Shown in pieces: positions 49,535-62,528 of a DNA stretch of 64,000 bases (its first letter is position 1; every line of letters starts with the position of its first letter). This stretch comes from Haliotis rubra. Its lineage: Eukaryota. Both the position numbers and the translations under genes were made by a program. Location: the NCBI RefSeq assembly GCF_003918875.1, contig NW_025767398.1, forward strand, positions 248,001 through 312,000. Direction: 5' to 3'. Below the pieces are notes generated by a model that worked only from the letters and a program-made list of their open reading frames with translations, was not told the origin of the DNA and made no database searches.

Positions 49535-50758
49535 ATGATGTTGTCGCAATATGGACAAAAACTAAACCCTTTCCGAAGATTGAGGAACACTTGGTGATCA
49601 TATGCCATTCGTCAATCCATGACAATAATGAATAATCCGAGCACTATCGATCAAAACCAGACGCTGTGGCGTGCCTGGCTTTAAAGATCACTTTGGATTC
49701 CAAGGACGATAAAAAAGAACTTGTGAGGGACATGAGCCAAGCCATCGTGAAGAAAACAATGATTAAAATCAGCGGGAACAAGTGCTGTGCATCGATGACA
49801 GCGACCTCTGGAGAACCAAGAGCGAATGCTGGAACATGAAATATCAAGGCATTTGTCCGAAAGCATCTGATTCAAATAGGTGACACGTGGGATATACTTC
49901 TACACCGGCCAAGCTCAACGCCGTGCTGCTGGAAGATAAGGCCATAGCCAATGCATTCAGAAACCAGTATTGCATTCCGCTCGACTTCAAGTTACTCAAG
50001 GGACACATGCCCTCGAATGAAACCAAGTTGGGCGACAGGTTGAAATACGAACTCACGTTTAATGAATACGGTAAAGTCGTGTGCAAGTCGATGCAAGCTA
50101 CTCGGACAGCAGCTATACCATAGACAACATTTTGTTGGATTTCAATATGGTCATGAATATGGAACTTGCCCGGCAGATCCGCAACCAGTATTCGGGAACG
50201 TTAGCCATCTTGTACTATTGCGTTCTGTGCCATCGGAATATCGTCAGGGATAAAAGCGATACACTGTGGAACATCAATCTGAACGTGCCCGCTCGATCAA
50301 TATAAGGTATTTTAATCATTTTGGAAAAAGTATTTACACCGTTTCGAGAGACAACAAAAAGTATTGGAACCCCAATACCACCAAAGTGGAAGTGACCGTC
50401 GAGGGCGTGCCCAATCAGCTTTTCAGCCAAGGCATGAGGGCAAACCAAGAGTGGGATGGAATAAAAAAACTACTGCTACCAGGAATCAATGCGGGGGTCA
50501 AGGATCTTGGTCTCCCCGACGTGACCCTTGGGGATTACCTGACGAGCAAGTATGCGCTGTGACTGGACAAGCCATCCATGAACGGACGACGGTCGACTTC
50601 ATTGCAGCAAGCGTCGCATCGAAAATGGGAGCGAGGGGATCACGATTCAAATCATCCATAAGGCTCAAGACACCAGTAAATTAAACCTATATTTGTATGT
50701 GATCATGGACGCACAACTCAATGTACAAGACGGAAGATTTGTGCACGCCATCTATTGA
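49535..50758 (+). pseudogene. Polinton major capsid protein (double jelly-roll, hexon-like), decayed
   Basis: YGQKLNPFRRLR..NNPSTIDQNQ..IVKK..IKISGN..CIPLDF..LGDRLKYELTFNEY..WNINLNVPARS..VEVTVEGVPNQLFSQG..KYAL..MDAQLN; immediately upstream of the ATPase. Confidence 0.65.
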
Positions 50759-50759
50759 G

Positions 50760-50890
50760 CTACCCCCTGGAGCCGCATTGTGCCATTGTGTGTGGTCAGA
50801 TGGAACGTTTGTGCTGGATATGTTGGAAGATTATTATAGGAATGTTTTCAATCATATCGTCATTCTTTGCTCTACTTTAGCCGTCAATAA
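50760..50890 (+). pseudogene. Packaging ATPase N-terminus with the Walker A core deleted
   Basis: PLEPHCAIVCGQ-[missing GxGKT]-FVLDMLEDYYRNVFNHIVILC. Confidence 0.6.
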
Positions 50891-50897
50891 AAAAAAA

Positions 50898-51530
50898 ATT
50901 CTCCCTATAAGGATCCGAATACCTACACTCAGAAATTCGAGTCTGTCGCTCTACCATCACACACCGAGACTCGGTATGCAAGTGCATTGAAGCTATATAT
51001 AACTCATCCTCTCGCATACGCCTCTCCAATTCTAAAACAGCTTACTGCGACCTCATGGAGTGTATGTTGGGTAGATCAAGCAGTTTGATACCACAAGCAT
51101 AGGTGAAACCACCTATGGGTATCATGTTCGTATTAATATTTGGTCTACATTCTAGGCAAAGGGTTTACAAACTTTGGCGAGTCGAACTTAGCCATAGCTC
51201 GCACCTGATTGGCTGAAATAATGCCAGCTAAGGGTTGACTAAAAGTATTAAACACATGAATAATCGGTTCGTCATTCGTGATGAAAGCTTGCTTGCAGAG
51301 CCGTGCAACTCTGCATTGTGAGTTTGAGTCCCACCATACAGCCTCTGAGATTCCTTGCAACTTTCGTGATTTCGGCTTCATATTAGATCCCCGGGGGATC
51401 TCATAGTAAGGTATCGATAGAGGGGCCTTCTCTCTGTGAGGGGACAAATGCAGACGACACAGCCCACCTGGGGGGAAAGGCACAACTTCTTTACTTTCTC
51501 CCTAGGTGGGTTGTGGCTACCGAGGGACTT
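50898..51530. mobile_element. Unclassified insertion with a tRNA-like segment and a terminal 22-bp hairpin
   Basis: Interrupts the Polinton ATPase; minus-strand tggtagagcg...gtattcggatcc; hairpin at 51458-51515. Confidence 0.45.
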
Positions 51531-51929
51531 TTGTTATTTTTTCACAAATTGAACGCGTCAATGTTTATCTATATAAATCAACCCATGGTATTTGAAATTC
51601 TCGCTCTGTTTTACCTGACATTCCTATCATTATGTTTGGGTTATGTCTTATTTAGTTATTTTAGATTTAAAAAACGATTGATATTTTACAAGATGGAGTG
51701 TGACAATCTGCTTGAACAAATGATATACAAGGATAATAAGAGCACTGAGGGTGGTGGTGTGTCTCTCTCCTCGTCGTGCATAAGTGAGAAAGACTCCCGG
51801 CCATATTCATGGGTGGAAAGGAGAAACAATACTTGGGGGATCATATCACTACCAATAAAATATATAAAATGTCCGATGGAAAAGGCGATAAACTGTATGC
51901 GAGAAACCAATCCAGACTCAGCACTGAAA

Positions 51930-52700
51930 CTCATCAGGGTTGCCTTGCGTGTTGTCGGCTATTGCGGATTTGGAGTCTTTTCTGGACTGAAGTTTTGTGT
52001 TCTTTAATTCGTAGTGGGAGAGGGCGGGGCGGGATGTAAGAGTCTCCACATTGGCAATTGATCTGGATGACACTACGAATTAAAGAACACAAGTCCAGAA
52101 AAAAGACTCCAAATCCGCCAAAGCCGACCCAAGCCAACACTGACCATGCCATCCTTTGGGACAACATCCACATCCTGGAAACCAACCGAGCAGACTACAA
52201 GATTAGGAAACTTCTTGAAGCCATAAAAATCCAATGCTTCAACCCCACCATGAACCTGGATCAAGGTTATTTTATCTCTTCAGCCTATCACCACCTAATT
52301 AAAGATCACCAGTAATCCAGCCATACCTAGTCCAACTGGCTTCTGTGCCCCCCCTTTTGTGTATAGTTATCAAAACCAATCAATGTGTACATCAACCTAC
52401 TCTCTCCAACTCACATTACCATCTCAGTGTACATCAACTCATCTATTGTATAATCTTATTCTGCATATTGTTTTAATCACTATCACTCTGTACATGAACC
52501 TACTCTGCTCAAATCACTAATTAGCAATCCAATGTATATCAATTGTATGTACACACTATGCAGCTATGTATATATTCTCCATGTTACAAATCTATATGTC
52601 ACTTGCTTGATAACGGTGTTAGTACCTACACCAAAACGTCGCCCCCATTGCCATAAAGAAATTGTCTATCCATAGAACTTGGTTTTCCTTCATCTATCTA
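51930..52700 (+). mobile_element. Penelope-like element 3' end (GIY-YIG endonuclease C-terminus) with a short inverted 5' segment
   Basis: RIKEH...DH.I.WDNIHILE...RKLLEAIKI...MNLDQG; about 51963-52016 is the inverted copy of 52071-52118. Confidence 0.75.
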
Positions 52701-53215
52701 ACTTCTAAAATGCCTCTCAAGGAAGTCAACGGTATCACCTCAGATTTGAACAAAAGGCTACACACTAGAAGTTGACCTAGAATACCCCAGAGTCGCACAA
52801 CAGATATCCGCATGCTTCCGAACGATTGATGTTCGATGGAGACTGGATGTCTGAAACTCACTGAGAAATAACTGGCTGACGTAGCAAAATCGTACCAAAC
52901 TTGATGGATAAAACCAAAATACATCGTTCACTATCGCAACCTGCAGTTATACCTGTCGCTGGGCATGAAGCTGAAGAAAATACAAAGAGTTCTCAAATTC
53001 GACAAAAGTCCTTGGATGGAACCTTACATAAGGATGAACACGGATTTAAGTAAACGGGTCACCAGCCATTTATATTCATCAACTCAGTATTCGGCCAAAC
53101 GATGGAGAACCTGAACACTCTGAGAAGAGACAAGCACAGGACATACGGTTTGAGAATGAACAAAACATCATTGTCGCCGATGGCAAAAGATGGATCAACG
53201 ACGATGGAACAGTTG
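52700..53215 (+). pseudogene. polB: pPolB fragments of Polinton copy A
   Basis: [54 protein letters not shown]; homologous to 26250-26570. Confidence 0.85.
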
Positions 53216-53229
53216 TAATAAAGGAGAAA

Positions 53230-54160
53230 CACAAATAACACAATATATATAATAGATAATATTTACTACAGCCAACGGGATACTGGAAAGGCGTGGGTGC
53301 CATCCACAAGCTTGCCGAGGTCGCGAAGGTCTCTGAAGAGACCGCTAAGTCTTAGATGCTGAAACAATCGCTGTAGCAAATCTACCTGCTGGCGCCCCCA
53401 AGACGACAAGCAGAAAGTTCAATGTCTGGATGCCCAATCGAATGCATCAAGCCGACCTCTTGTTTTACTCCCACATGACAGGGTGAGACACAAAACGTAC
53501 AACTATGCCCTGACCGTCATGCATGTCGTCAGTTGAAACAAAGAGGCCACGCCGTTAACAGCGAAAGATTCGACTCAAGTGCCCAAGTCACTAGAGCCTA
53601 TCTACAAATGGAGCCCATTGACGTAACCTGCTGAATTGTCTGGGACCTTGGAGGCGAGTTTATCGGATCCGTGTCACAGCTACTAGGAAAACACAAGGCC
53701 AATGTCAGGCGTGGAATAGCAGGGGCCAATCGCAGCTCATCTATTGGCGAAAAATGTAATCGCACCTTAGATGAACGTTTATTCAGATAGCAGTACAGAC
53801 AAGAGATGGTAGAGCCGGATAAACAATTGACGGAATGGGTGTCACGTTTGCCTGGAGTTGTGTCTGCGATCAATGACAAAGTGACTAGATTAATAAATAA
53901 AAAACTGACGAATTGTCTGTACCGCACAGCAGTAAAGAGCAGAAACTTTCACGCCAGGTCAGCTTGAGGTATTTATACCAGCCCGGCAAACACGAGGGTG
54001 ATAGTCGGTAACGTGCCGTGTGGTTTATCAAAACGTACAGTATTGATCGAGTGGATATCAAAGAAGGCCAACCCCATTTGTATTACCTGAAGGATGGGGA
54101 AGGCAAATGATTCGTGAGAGAGGAATTACTAATCGTACCTCATGATACGGTGTTACCTCT
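53230..54160 (+). pseudogene. Polinton integrase of copy A, full length but decayed
   Basis: GYWKG, HQADLL, YALTV, DLGGEFIG, NRTLDERLF, EWVSRLP, YYLKDG..FVREELL. Confidence 0.85.
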
Positions 54161-54479
54161 AATAAAAAGAAACAAGAAATATCAGGGGACATCGAACGAT
54201 GGTCGACGCTGTTTTCCCTATTTTTCGACCATCGGTGGGGCATTATTTGACGTTAATAATGCCATAGGAGGAAGTACACTATATCTTTACTTCTGTCACT
54301 TTATAATTCCCTCGTGCCAAGCAGCTCAATAGACTGATTGGCCAAGTTAACACCTATTGTTAAACTGTATGCTAGGTTCTCCCTGAAAATCCGACAGAAC
54401 TCCTCAGGTCAGGGAGGAGACGAGTTGGGATACAAAATACAGTTTGTTATATATCCAGTATCTAGATAGTGTATTGTAT

Positions 54480-57400
54480 TGCAAGATACATCATGTTTGC
54501 ATTGTCTCTTTGAGTACACTAAATGTATTAATATAAAGTATACATAATAGTGGTATGGTCACAACCGTCATTAACAAGACCTTTCACACAAATTCCACCC
54601 CCATAGCCACCATAAAACAAACCAAATTCAGTGGGACATCAAACAATGTCCCGCTAAATTTGGTAATCCCGTATCGGGGTTTTGTTTGTTTCGCTACCAG
54701 TTCATTTTGTTTGGTTTTAAATAGCCATACAGCTGCGATAACAACCGTTGTTGCAATTGCGTACATGACCCATTCGTTAACGCCAATCTATTTTTTTCAT
54801 TGCTGGCTCAACCACCTTTTTTACTGCTGGCTACATTTTTTAGGGTTCTTTGGTTTCTTCGTTACCCTTATTGCATATCCACGGGTATCGGTGTATCCAC
54901 GGATATTGGTTGTCTCTGTTGGGGTCGTTTCAGTGTTTGGTTAGTGGACAACATCCGTCTCCTCCATATTGTATATCATTAGGTGGGCACTTTCGTTTAA
55001 ATTGACAATGCTTAACGGTAATGATTTCCACGGTGAACTGTGAAAAAGCATGGGTCACCAGATTGTCATCCAAGTATTGTTTGCTCTTACCGCCGAAGAC
55101 TAGTGCCGCTAGTTTTTCATGCTATCCATGGTATGCTTTTTATCCATGTCGGGTAGAATTTGTTCGAGCAAGTCTTCACACTTCATCTTATAATATATCA
55201 ATCTGTTTTTAAATCTAACGTAACAAATTTTTAAATAACCAAAACATAACGATTTCAAAACACGGCATGGTTTATATACGTTTATAGCTACACGTTTAAT
55301 ATGCTAACCATTTGCTAAGCAGTTGCTAAGCTAGCACTGTATAAGCAATGGGTTTGTCTGTTTTCAGTATGAGCTTTACGTGTTGTCATTCTGTTTTGTT
55401 GGGATAACATCATTTTCTTGTAAACATTCCACGAACGAATCCCTATCCTTGCAGTGAAATAATGTGACCCATCGCATCAGTTCTCTGAGGTCTTTCATTA
55501 CCGAGTTGAATTTTTGAGTGAGTACCCAAATGCTATGCTTCATAAGACGACCCGAAAATGCTAAATAGGACAATATGTCTCTCTTTTTGGTGATTTCTTT
55601 ATTTACGCTGAAATCGTCTATGATGAAAAGCTTCGACTCTCCCTTAAACTTGAAATGCTTTTAACCAGTCCTGTAACGATTTGGATGTCACTCATGAAAC
55701 GCCAGTGGTGGATGATGAACCACTGCAAATGACACCTCATCCATGGGTGACGTCCTAAGCAACGAACTTTTAAAGACGACTGTGAATGATTACTATGATG
55801 TCTTAAAGAAGATGACAATAACATGACACCTTTTCTAAGTTTGAAATAGATAATAAAGGGATACTGCGACTGAAAGCGGCTCCGGACGTTGATCTCTGAA
55901 TGCCCTATGAGAAAACCCCTTGCATTGTCTACACTGGCCAATCACCATGGTGCAACTTTCTCTACGATGAATTAAATCTGGAACACTGTTGTACACAGTC
56001 AAGACTTTCAGCAAAGACCACTAAAACACTGCAAACGGTGCGGACTGATCTAGGTGCAATGGCGAGTGCGTTAGATCAGGATAATTTGAGAGAGGTACCA
56101 CAACAGACTAAGGAAGGTTTGATAGGACTCGACAAAATATTTAGTAAACAATACTTAATTAGAAACACCGGAGCTGAATCATACAATTCGGGAACTGTGA
56201 GGCCTAGTTGATGCCATGCAAACAATGCTTGTCAATAACTTAGCTAAACTAGACAATCTCAACACTCATATGGATAAGGAGAAAAGAAAACTCGAAGAAG
56301 CGGGAAGTGAATTCAACAGACGTGTTGCAGAAAGAAGGTGAAAGATTGAGGTAGATTGTGAAAGATTGGTCCGAATAGAAGCGGCTTCCACCAATATAGA
56401 AGCTCTTTGATCCCAAATCAGTAGAATTTGCGAAACCATCAATCGAGTTCTGAACGATGACACGACGAGAGAACCATTGCTAGTATTTTAACCGCACGGT
56501 GGTTTTATCATATCGACATTAGTTCTCTCTATTACGGGTGATGCTCTGACACCACCTAGCCTACCGCCTAGTGACGTAAAAGAATAGATGAAAAACATTT
56601 AAAGTCCCTGGGTGAAGCCCTAGCAAGGCTAGTGTAAGCACTCCCAGGTATAATTAGTGGTATTGCATCCTGGCTACTGAACGTATTATCTAAGATTGCT
56701 ACTTGGCTTAGTCAAAATTTGTGGACGTTAATCATGTCAGTTGTCGGCCTGCTGTATATAGACGCTAAGGAATTTTTAACTACATACAAACAAATTGCAA
56801 TGATTGATATGTCATTGATTTTGAGCACGTGCTGACGACTGCGGTTTTGGTGTAGTATGTTGCGGTGACTGGGCTTCCTGCTCTGGTGGGATCACTATTC
56901 CCGTTTCACCTGTATGCGTTGACGGTATCAGTACCGGTATGTTGACATCTGGTTGTTCGCTCGTAGCCATGACAATTTCGTTGTTAGAACCTTCCACGTG
57001 ATTAACTCTAATTTTCATATTACTAAGAGCCACGTACAAACCTATACCAAAAACGTAGTTTACTTTAGACCCGGCATTCACTAGCAAATTTTGGTATCTC
57101 TTGATGGCTTTTGGCAAATCTACAGGGGATGAAATAGAATCTTCGACGTTCGCCACAAATTGTTTCTGCGCATCAAAAGCTGTCCCCTGACCTATAATAC
57201 TCAAAAGTCTTACAACAATGGGATGAGAAAACCCATTTGATTTATCTAAAATATTTTTTTCAAATCAACTTCGGGTCCTTGCTGAAACCTCCATTCTTTC
57301 AGCTTATTTGAGGGGCAGATGGTGAACGAGTGGAATACCCAAACAACGATTAACTCCTGGCAAACGCCAATCCGTATTTGTGTTGATTCTGAATTCATCA

Positions 57401-57767
57401 TAAATACGTTCTTATGCACGCCGATCGTACGGATTATTCATTGCGCTCCATTCGGAGTCCTGTGGAACCGGTGTATTTATTTCTGTAAGTATGCACCTGA
57501 TCTGGTAGTAAACGTGAAATATGAAAACAGACTTGAAGTTTGTCACCACTAGGCAGTGTGGCCTGGTCATCGCTGAGACCAGCGAAAAAAAGAGACCGCC
57601 ACATTATTTCCGATGGTTATTATAATGTTTGTTGACTGAACAATGAAAATTTTAAACCTAATGGAGCTAGTCTCAAACTAAATGAGTCGAACAGAATGCT
57701 TAACCAGTGGAAAAGATCCCATAAGAATTATCATCTCCCGCAACAATGATCGAAAATACCAGATATA
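54480..57767 (-). mobile_element. Polinton fragment C, second copy
   Basis: Duplicate of 430-3729 (ATPase 55376-55690; accessory gene 56812-57760). Confidence 0.8.
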
Positions 57768-59366
57768 TACTCCTCAAAAGAAGTTAAGGGTCACAAGTAT
57801 TTTGGAATATAAGCAGAAGATATGGAAATAAAATTGTGACAACCAATGACAAAAACAAAACCTCAAGCTCTAAAGAAACGAAAACACAAAACAAAAAGTG
57901 AATTGTTTAGCACAACTTTATTCCACAATTCATCGAAGTCAAGTACCCCAAAATCAGAGTTCACACAAAGCCAGAAATCTTTAATAACTCGTGTAGCCAC
58001 CGTTAGCATGGATGAATTCCTGACCCTGTTGACACATGTTATTCATTAAACGCCTAAAACATTGTTGGGGGGCTGCTGCCCATTCTGGGACTAGTTGTTG
58101 ACCCAGTTCTTGTGGGTTGACGGCAGGAAAGTGATAAGCTTGAATTCTTCGTCCTATCTCATCCCAGGCATGATTCAATTGGTAACAAGTCGGGTGAATA
58201 AGCAGGCCACACCATGTGCTGAACGTTCTGCTGCTGCAGAAAGTCTGTCACCACCCTGGCACGATGGGGTCTAGCGTTATCATCCCGGAACCAGGCCCCT
58301 GGTCCAAGTTGACGAAGCAGTGGCATTACCAGAGGTTGAATAATCTCGATGAGATATCGAAGACCAGTCAAATTCCCATTGACGATTTAGAGAGCAGTTC
58401 TGTGGTGCAGATATCCGCCCAGACCATCACGCTTCCGCCTCCGAAAGGTAAACGTTGAGCAACGTTGACGTCAGCATACTTCTCTCGTTGGTGACGATAA
58501 ACACGGGCACGACCATCCTTAAACTGGAGTGTGTGGTGGGATTCAGCAGAAAAGATTGTCTGTGCCCACTGATCACGGTTCCAACGAACATGCCAACGGC
58601 ACCAATCTCGGCCAGCTCTTCTGTGCCGCTCAAGTAGTGGTGGTCGGACTGGAGAACGTCGAGAGCGCAAACGTCGGACACATAGACGATTTTGAACTGT
58701 CTGATCGGATACGTTGGTGCAACGGCCAGCTCTCAACTGATCCTGAAGATGTCTTGCGGTCAAAAATCGCTGTCGCAGAACCATCATCATCAAGTAGAGA
58801 TCATTTCGGGCTGTTGTTGATCGATGTCTTCCGGAATGGGCCGATTCTGGACAGCATTTGTTGTCCTGAACCCTGTCATAGTCACCAGATAACACTTTGG
58901 CATACATTTAGTCGCCTAGCAACACTTCGTTGGGTTTGACCATCTATTGCCAACCTATTGCCCTTCCTCTGTCTTGAATGCTGAGCTGTCGTCTGACCAT
59001 CTTCAAATTTCAAATGAGGCCGATTTGAAAATGTTTGGTCTTTTTATTGTGAAAATGTGCATGCATAAAATGACATCCATGGACAGTACGTGTAAAATGT
59101 GCATTAGGTGGCATAATGGTTGTTTCGCTGATGAGGGTCAGTTTAGTGTAGCCGAGTTCATGGTTCAAATCAAGAAGTCCGAATTTACAGTTAGATTTGA
59201 CAGTTACCTAATGAAACGGGTAATGATAACTTTGTCATGAAGTTATGATGTCTTCAGTCCAAATAACACCCATACAGAAAGTTTCCTGTCCCTATTTGTC
59301 TCAAAATTGCCCATTCTAATTTTGATGTCCACATTTCGTTTGACCCTTAACATCTTTTGAGTAGTA
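57768..59366 (-). mobile_element. Tc1 transposon, second copy
   Basis: Same TIRs and transposase as 3730-5329. Confidence 0.92.
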
Positions 59367-60340
59367 TATATAGTTCCCTATCGAGAGCTGTGAATTCATC
59401 TCGATCATTTGATGTTCCGCTGAATTTGGTCTGTGTTATGGTAGCTGTGGGGGTGGAATTGGAGTGAAAAGGATTGATGAGGGTAAGTGGTCATTATTGT
59501 GTATACTACTGATAAAAATAGGTTATGACTGATTAAATAATTATTTACAAGGTTCACTAAATATTCTATCACTGCAAGTTAATAAATGGATGTGTGCAAG
59601 TATTGATTTATTTCTAGACTGTTCTCCATGAGTATGGCTGTTGAGATCACACTCTTTTATAACTGACAGGTTGTCATTATTTTCCTTAACTTTGAGCAAG
59701 TCCTGGGGTCTATCTCCATGTTGTAATCACGTTCATTGCCAATGCACATATCGTTCTGCATCAAGTCTGTGAACCGTATGTTTAAGTACAATGTATTTAC
59801 GTGTTTATGTGTCATGTAATATTGTGTTTTTCAGGGTGTATTCCATATCCATATCCATATCCACACACAGTAGGAACTAGATATTCTTTGATTGTCTTTG
59901 GTTTACAGCTCGACCGTTTTCCCAACAGATCATGCTGATAAAACATAAGGAGCCTGTCAAGAAGAGGTGGGTGAAAAGAGGAAGTAGCCGTTCTTGGCTT
60001 GTCTTGACCCAGCCCTTCCGAAAACCCTCGTCACTATACAGCTTGTTTGGCGAATCCCATACTCTTCACTGTCTGAGTACGATAAACAGCTTAACAATAT
60101 AAGTTATAATATAGTCATATTATCTTATTATAGAAAGAGGGTAATATTTACAATTAATTATGGGATATATGCATGCCTAATTGTAGGCTTACCTCTTTTT
60201 CAGTTTTTGTTGGGAATAAGTACAGTCCCATTCTTACTGAGATCATGCCGTGTACAGATTGTTTCAGATTGTTTAAAGAACTATTACAATCTCGTCAAAT
60301 TAGATTCAGTTTTTAGTGTACATCGTAACATTATACTCAC

Positions 60341-60556
60341 GACAACAGTCACTCCTGCTTGTCACGGCAACCTCAAACATCTCAGAATAAGCTTCAAGAT
60401 CGACTTGCCACCAGGGATGATTGTCTCCTTCTGCCACAGCAAAACAACTGCCACTTTTCCAGTCAGTGTAAGGGAGGCCGTCTGTTGCAACTTCAGGATG
60501 TGTCCCATACACAGAGCTCGCTGTTGCTGGCTTGCCTCTGGCTAGGTTAATCGTTC
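60341..60556 (-). CDS. F-type lectin exon (domain 1, N-terminal half)
   Basis: 216 nt, tttcAG...GTgagt; in frame with 40365-40607 across a ~19.7 kb intron. Confidence 0.85.
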
Positions 60557-60599
60557 CTGAAATGAGGTGAAGTGCGGTGAGATGAGGTTTAACTCACTT

Positions 60600-60847
60600 T
60601 AGTGAGTGAGTGAGTTTAGTTTTATGCCGCACTTAGCAATATTCCAGCTTTATGGCGGTGGTCTGTAAATAATCGGATCTGGACCAGACAATCCAGGGAC
60701 CAACAGCATAAACATCAATCTACACAATTGGGATACCATGACATGTGTCAACCCAGTCGGCGAGCCTGACCACCTGATCCCGTTAGTTGCCTCGTACGAC
60801 AAGCATGGGTTACTGAACATCAATTCTAACCCATATCTTCACAGGTT
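60600..60847 (-). mobile_element. Gastropod SINE-like repeat, second copy
   Basis: Duplicate of 6563-6810. Confidence 0.8.
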
Positions 60848-61866
60848 TTAACTCTCTTTAACCTACAATACAATAGAATTTAAAACAAATTCATTGAAAC
60901 ATTTTATCATCAAGGTCATTTTATCATCATGTCTGTAAAACCAAGTGCAAGTGACACATAAAGTCCTTGGAAAGTACCAATATATGCCCTGTTTTTGTTC
61001 ATTTCCATAGTTACAACAATCAATGAAAATTGTCAGTAACAGTAAGTTGCTTCCCAGTTCCAAGATTTCAGGCTTTTGTTGTGTCATGAGGCAGTGGCTA
61101 TGGTATAACTTGATTAGCAAAGACACAATTGAAAATTTTACTATAAATTGTTTATCTATAATACTTATCCGCAGATTACCCTGTGTCTAATGTATAAAAA
61201 CCATGATGACGCATTACGCAAGGAGGCCTGGAGAAAGCACCAACTCCAGATATGCTATACTCCAATACTTGTATGGGTTGCTTCTGGTGTATTAACCCCT
61301 TGGCTTACAAGACACAAAGATTCTAGGGAGTGGGCAGTCCAGAATCGATGTGGTTTCAAGACAAAAGGACGCAGTTTGGCAAGTAGACCCCGCCTCTCTG
61401 CGATTTATCAGAAGACCCCAGTGAATTAAAGTCTAAGACATTAATCTGGACAGCCCCTGCTTCTAAACCATCCCCCTCGATCACACGCTGGATGGCAGTA
61501 AAAGGGAAGATGGCCTGGTGCTCAACTCGTTTAATGTTCAGTACCAATCAATCATCATAAGATGAGAAAGGAACTTAGGAGTGGAACGCTTTGAAAACCC
61601 GTAGGAATTCGGAAAACAACAATTCACTGACGTAATTGTTCGCAAGAGTAGAGGTCAGCCAGTGGATGAAGTACAAGATTGGCCTCACAGTCTATAGAGT
61701 TATGGGTATGACAGTATTACAATGCCCGGCTTCGGTGAAGATGAAGGTGATCTATGCCCAGGATAAAGTAGAACAATATGAAAAGATAATATCAATTTCT
61801 TCTGTTGAAATACGAGGTAGCATGACCATCGCAAGGAAGGCTGCTCCTTCATCTGCGTTGAGGGGT

Positions 61867-62528
61867 CAACAAAAGTTGCTGCGCTAGCACCAAAAGGCTA
61901 AACTGGTGCAAGCCTTCCACATCAATGATGGATAGATCTCGTAGATAGTGTGAGACAAGTGAACTCCAGAAACAACCATCCATGTTGGCATTAAGAGAAC
62001 AGTAGTGTAGTGCCATTGTTGAAGCCAAAGCTTGTGTCTCGTGAGGGCTAGCAGTAGTAGGTTGCGAAAAGTCATCGTAGGCGTAGGCACATAGGATGGT
62101 TGAACGCATTCAAAATGCAAGGGTTGTACGAGAGAGTCTGCTGATGAAGCTGTAGACAATAGGGTGAAAAGTCTCTTGCGTACCCTACGTCGGTCTTGAG
62201 ATGCAGAAAGGTACACTTGTAATTATAATGCCCTAACCATGCAGAGTGAGAGATCCTCAGTGTCGTCGGGCCCCATTATCATGGACAGTGGTGGAATGAC
62301 AAAAAGTCTATCTAACTCTCCGGGTAACTGATTCTTGGCAATGAAGTTCAATCTTAGTCAAGAAATACTTTGCCATGCCTCTTCCATTCAAAGTGCACTC
62401 GGTTGACATCCAGGGCATGAAGTTCCGAGATGTCTGCAGCGGTTGCAAGGGCCACTAGGAAGAAGGTCTTGAAGGTAATACACTCGAAATATTTCTCCCC
62501 CAGAGGCTCGTACTCATTCGTAAGTGAG
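61867..62528 (-). pseudogene. DIRS tyrosine recombinase C-terminal part, second copy
   Basis: Duplicate of 7830-8490. Confidence 0.8.

Larger units (their letters stand above)
40663..54275 (+). mobile_element. Polinton/Maverick endogenous virus copy A, bounded by TIRs, decayed, with nested LINE, Penelope and unknown insertions
   Basis: AGTAGT start at 40663; 40692-40790 is the inverted match of 54177-54275; contains penton, MCP, ATPase, pPolB and integrase remnants. Confidence 0.82.

Noticed and set aside
54270-54290. 6-bp TSD for Polinton copy A
   Set aside because: The outermost ~28 bp of the right TIR are missing, so no matching TSD can be shown
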